Part shown: piece by piece, positions 61,887 through 64,000 of the stretch | Position numbering within the stretch: position 1 is the first letter of the stretch | Layout of the letters: each line of letters starts with the position of its first letter | From: a virus | Length of the DNA stretch: 64,000 nucleotides | IMG/VR virus record: IMGVR_UViG_3300046542_000291 | Span: 51,641-115,640 of that record | Direction: 5' to 3' (one strand) | Notes under the pieces: generated by a model | Told to the model about the DNA's origin: nothing | Databases searched by the model: none | Seen by the model: the letters and a program-made list of their open reading frames with translations, nothing else | Translations under genes and position numbers: made by a program

Positions 61887-61911
61887 GCGACATAACGCCT
61901 CCCCGGAGGGA
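61887..61911 (-). terminator. hairpin GCCTCCC-CGGA-GGGAGGC (UCCG loop in minus sense)
   Basis: Hairpin family variant; after the stop of 61922..62329. Confidence 0.5.
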
Positions 61912-61921
61912 GGCTTATGTT

Positions 61922-62290
61922 TCAGTATGTCAAAACCACAGCCTTGCCGTAGTCGTTCATCATGCAGGAATTGTACGACGCCATGTAGGTGTCCATTGGG
62001 GAAAGTTTGTTATTCCACACTGGATCGACGTCTTGGATTACTTTAGGAAGAACACTGTAAAGAACGTTATCTTTATTCTTCACAACGTAGCCCTTGAGAG
62101 CCTGGAGATTTTTACGCCAAGACTCTTCAGTCTCGCCGCGCTGCTTTGCTTCCGTGGTAGCCTTGGTCATTAGCGCCAAGCCTTCACAGTAGTTCAGATC
62201 AGCCATCACCGCTGTAGCCATTGCTTGCATTGGAACTGAGAACAGAACCAGTACAACCAAAAGCCGCATTACGTGTGTTAAACATTGCAT
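61922..62290 (-). CDS. secreted protein (about 122 aa)
   Basis: ORF-track 61922..62329 trimmed to signal-peptide start MQCLTHVMRLLVVLVLFSVPMQAMA. Confidence 0.5.
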   Translation of the reverse strand: MQCLTHVMRLLVVLVLFSVPMQAMATAVMADLNYCEGLALMTKATTEAKQRGETEESWRKNLQALKGYVVKNKDNVLYSVLPKVIQDVDPVWNNKLSPMDTYMASYNSCMMNDYGKAVVLTY

Positions 62291-62328
62291 CACGTTGTAC
62301 CTTGGTTGAGGGATCAGAATATAGGACA

Positions 62329-62829
62329 CTACTCGGAGTCTTCACCGGACATATAGAAGAGAGCATTGTTGTGATTAAACCCATCGGTAGCGACACGGAA
62401 GATGTAACTCAACCGACTTATTCCGTCACCAATGTAGTCGTATGCGCTGATGCCACAATAGAGCCGGTTAGGGTTCTTGGCATCCAATGTACTCACCAAC
62501 GAGTCGATGTACTCCATGGCGGGCACAAAGCCAAACGTTTTCTCGTCCTGTCTCCAAGAGTCATTCGTTAGGCTGGTAATGTACCGTTCCGTGACGTCAT
62601 CGCTTTGATCTTGACAGAAGCCTGCAACCGCAGACAAGATGTATAGATCGGGATCGAGGTCCATGTGTGCATACGTTTCATTAAACGCGTACAACCACTC
62701 ACCTTTCTCAGCAATGATCTTTTCTAACCACCCGTGTTCAGCCGTACCATTAACGACAACGTCTGTAAAGAGCTCAGGGCAAGCTGCCGCAAGATACTCT
62801 TTACGAATAATGCGAAACCGTTGAGCCAT
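62329..62829 (-). CDS. hypothetical protein (166 aa)
   Basis: ORF-track ORF. Confidence 0.55.
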   Translation of the reverse strand: MAQRFRIIRKEYLAAACPELFTDVVVNGTAEHGWLEKIIAEKGEWLYAFNETYAHMDLDPDLYILSAVAGFCQDQSDDVTERYITSLTNDSWRQDEKTFGFVPAMEYIDSLVSTLDAKNPNRLYCGISAYDYIGDGISRLSYIFRVATDGFNHNNALFYMSGEDSE

Positions 62830-62831
62830 TA

Positions 62832-62990
62832 TTATTGTCCCAGTGAACAGAGTTGTTTACACTCCGACACTTGTTTAGCCAGCTTCTGCAAAAGATCAGC
62901 CTGGTTGTTCGTGAGTTCCTTAAGTTCAAGGACCTCTTCTTCCAACTTGGCAATACGCTCTTCTTTCTTTGCTTTCTCTGGACAGCCCAT
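62832..62990 (-). CDS. small coiled-coil protein (52 aa)
   Basis: Read manually: GGAG 8 nt before ATG; heptad-like KLEEEVLELKELT; fills the gap between two genes. Confidence 0.35.
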   Translation of the reverse strand: MGCPEKAKKEERIAKLEEEVLELKELTNNQADLLQKLAKQVSECKQLCSLGQ

Positions 62991-63003
62991 AGGGATTCTC
63001 CGA

Positions 63004-63420
63004 CTAGATATTTAACCGATAATTCCAGTCCCCGTGATGGGTACCGTTATTAAAGGCTTCGATCTGATGCGGCTCCATACCTGTCGCGTGCAGGTGGAAC
63101 GTCATGTTCAAGCGACGGGTCATGTACCGCTCCGACAACTCTACCGCATAAGTGTCGTCATTGCAGTTAATGGTTACCTTCGCCACGTGGATGGGTTTCA
63201 TCTTGCACGACTTATCCCAGATGTCAAAAACCTTAATGTCCTCGTACCGATCCAACTTGGGAACAATACGAAAAGCAAAAATGGGAACTTCGTTCACACC
63301 ACTCACTCGGTCTGGTGTAATCCAAACCGGATGGCCAATGTGCTTCTGACAGAATCCACGGATACTGTCATTGAGGTCTCCCTTCACCCCACTGTACAAG
63401 GGAAGATGAACGACGATCAT
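63004..63420 (-). CDS. hypothetical protein (138 aa)
   Basis: ORF-track ORF. Confidence 0.55.
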   Translation of the reverse strand: MIVVHLPLYSGVKGDLNDSIRGFCQKHIGHPVWITPDRVSGVNEVPIFAFRIVPKLDRYEDIKVFDIWDKSCKMKPIHVAKVTINCNDDTYAVELSERYMTRRLNMTFHLHATGMEPHQIEAFNNGTHHGDWNYRLNI

Positions 63421-63812
63421 ACAGCGATACTCCCTTGATACTGTTGCTTACCGAGTTCTTGAGTAATCTCCAAGACAGCGGTAAATGGGCGGGTCTTCTG
63501 GTTAGCCTTGGGTTTAACCCACCAATACTTTTTCTTCTGCATGTCGAACTCGAGTTCAACCACAGGGGCATTGTCTTCCTCGTCGAAGAAGGTGAACACT
63601 GTACGGGCGGGTCGTTCAATAGGGACTTCCCGGTACCACTGAACCTTACTGACTTGTTGCATGTCAGGTGGGTAAGCGGTAGCCAGGATGTCTACGGATT
63701 CAAAACTGGATAGCTTGTCCCCGTAATGGGCGAGGCTGATCGGGTACCCGGACTTGGAGAAGTCCAAGAGGTAGTTCAACGTCACCAGCGTTTTGAGAAT
63801 CTTCGGTTCCAT
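63417..63812 (-). CDS. hypothetical protein (131 aa)
   Basis: ORF-track ORF. Confidence 0.5.
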   Translation of the reverse strand: MEPKILKTLVTLNYLLDFSKSGYPISLAHYGDKLSSFESVDILATAYPPDMQQVSKVQWYREVPIERPARTVFTFFDEEDNAPVVELEFDMQKKKYWWVKPKANQKTRPFTAVLEITQELGKQQYQGSIAV

Positions 63813-64000
63813 CTGGCAGTTTCTCTCGAATGAAGAACATCATATCGATAGGCCAGGTTTCACTTGGATCAGTCCAGGTCAGGACAATACGCTTGTTGAT
63901 ACGGCTGGTACGAACAAACGCCACTTCCCGTCCTTCACGAACAACGGAGATGAGTTCAGACTTCTCACCTTCACCACGTGTAATGGTGAATGTAAAGCCC
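63700..64000 (-). CDS. 3' part of a gene starting beyond the window (frame open to 64000); true 3' end unclear
   Basis: ORF-track 63700..63924 stays open upstream to the window edge. It overlaps 63417..63812 by about 110 nt, so one of the two C-termini is probably wrong. Confidence 0.35.
   Translation of the reverse strand, partial: GFTFTITRGEGEKSELISVVREGREVAFVRTSRINKRIVLTWTDPSETWPIDMMFFIREKLPDGTEDSQNAGDVELPLGLLQVRVPDQPRPLRGQAIQF

Noticed and set aside
11788-61911. Repeated GC hairpins as a CRISPR-like or other repeat array
   Set aside because: The copies are kilobases apart, each intergenic and in terminator-like context, with no regular spacer-sized intervals.
1-64000. Prophage or integrative-element hallmarks (integrase, att repeats, toxin-antitoxin pairs)
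   Set aside because: None seen. Gene density, the tRNA cluster, and the RtcB, Nampt and ThyA genes fit a virulent large phage rather than an integrated element.

Overview
The window looks like part of a large lytic, probably jumbo-type, phage genome of roughly 50% GC, densely packed with small genes. Positions 1-6400 carry plus-strand genes and a small tRNA cluster: one canonical tRNA-Trp(CCA), preceded by two tRNA-like elements whose acceptor stems do not pair. A bidirectional hairpin terminator at about 6390-6420 marks a strand switch; from 6429 to the window end about 120 short genes run on the minus strand. Several of these genes overlap by ATGA or TAATG, which suggests translational coupling. 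Recognisable products are an RtcB RNA ligase, a KxDG ATP-dependent polynucleotide ligase with an N-terminal OB domain that resembles tRNA-binding domains, a nicotinamide phosphoribosyltransferase-family enzyme next to a PRPP-synthetase-family enzyme, a thymidylate-synthase homologue with two large insertions, and a BCS1-like AAA ATPase. Also recognisable are an SPFH/band-7 lipoprotein, a SlyB-like glycine-zipper lipoprotein, an SspB-like ClpX-adaptor homologue, two GIY-YIG nucleases, a Big_2 Ig-like protein, a small GNAT, HTH proteins and two proteins each carrying two Walker-A motifs. Transcription-unit boundaries are marked by about 14 nearly identical GC-rich hairpins whose minus-sense loop is UUCG. 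Five of these hairpins are followed, 25-45 nt downstream, by a conserved CTATATTAC motif, which matches what I recall as the early-promoter consensus of phiKZ-like phages; this is from memory and unverified. The most unusual content is a tandem family of 7-8 small paralogous genes sharing a C-terminal ...AF(A/V)E(A/S)IN(T/S) tail, an NAD+-reconstitution-like gene pair, and an RNA-repair-like module. No integrase, CRISPR array or rRNA was seen.
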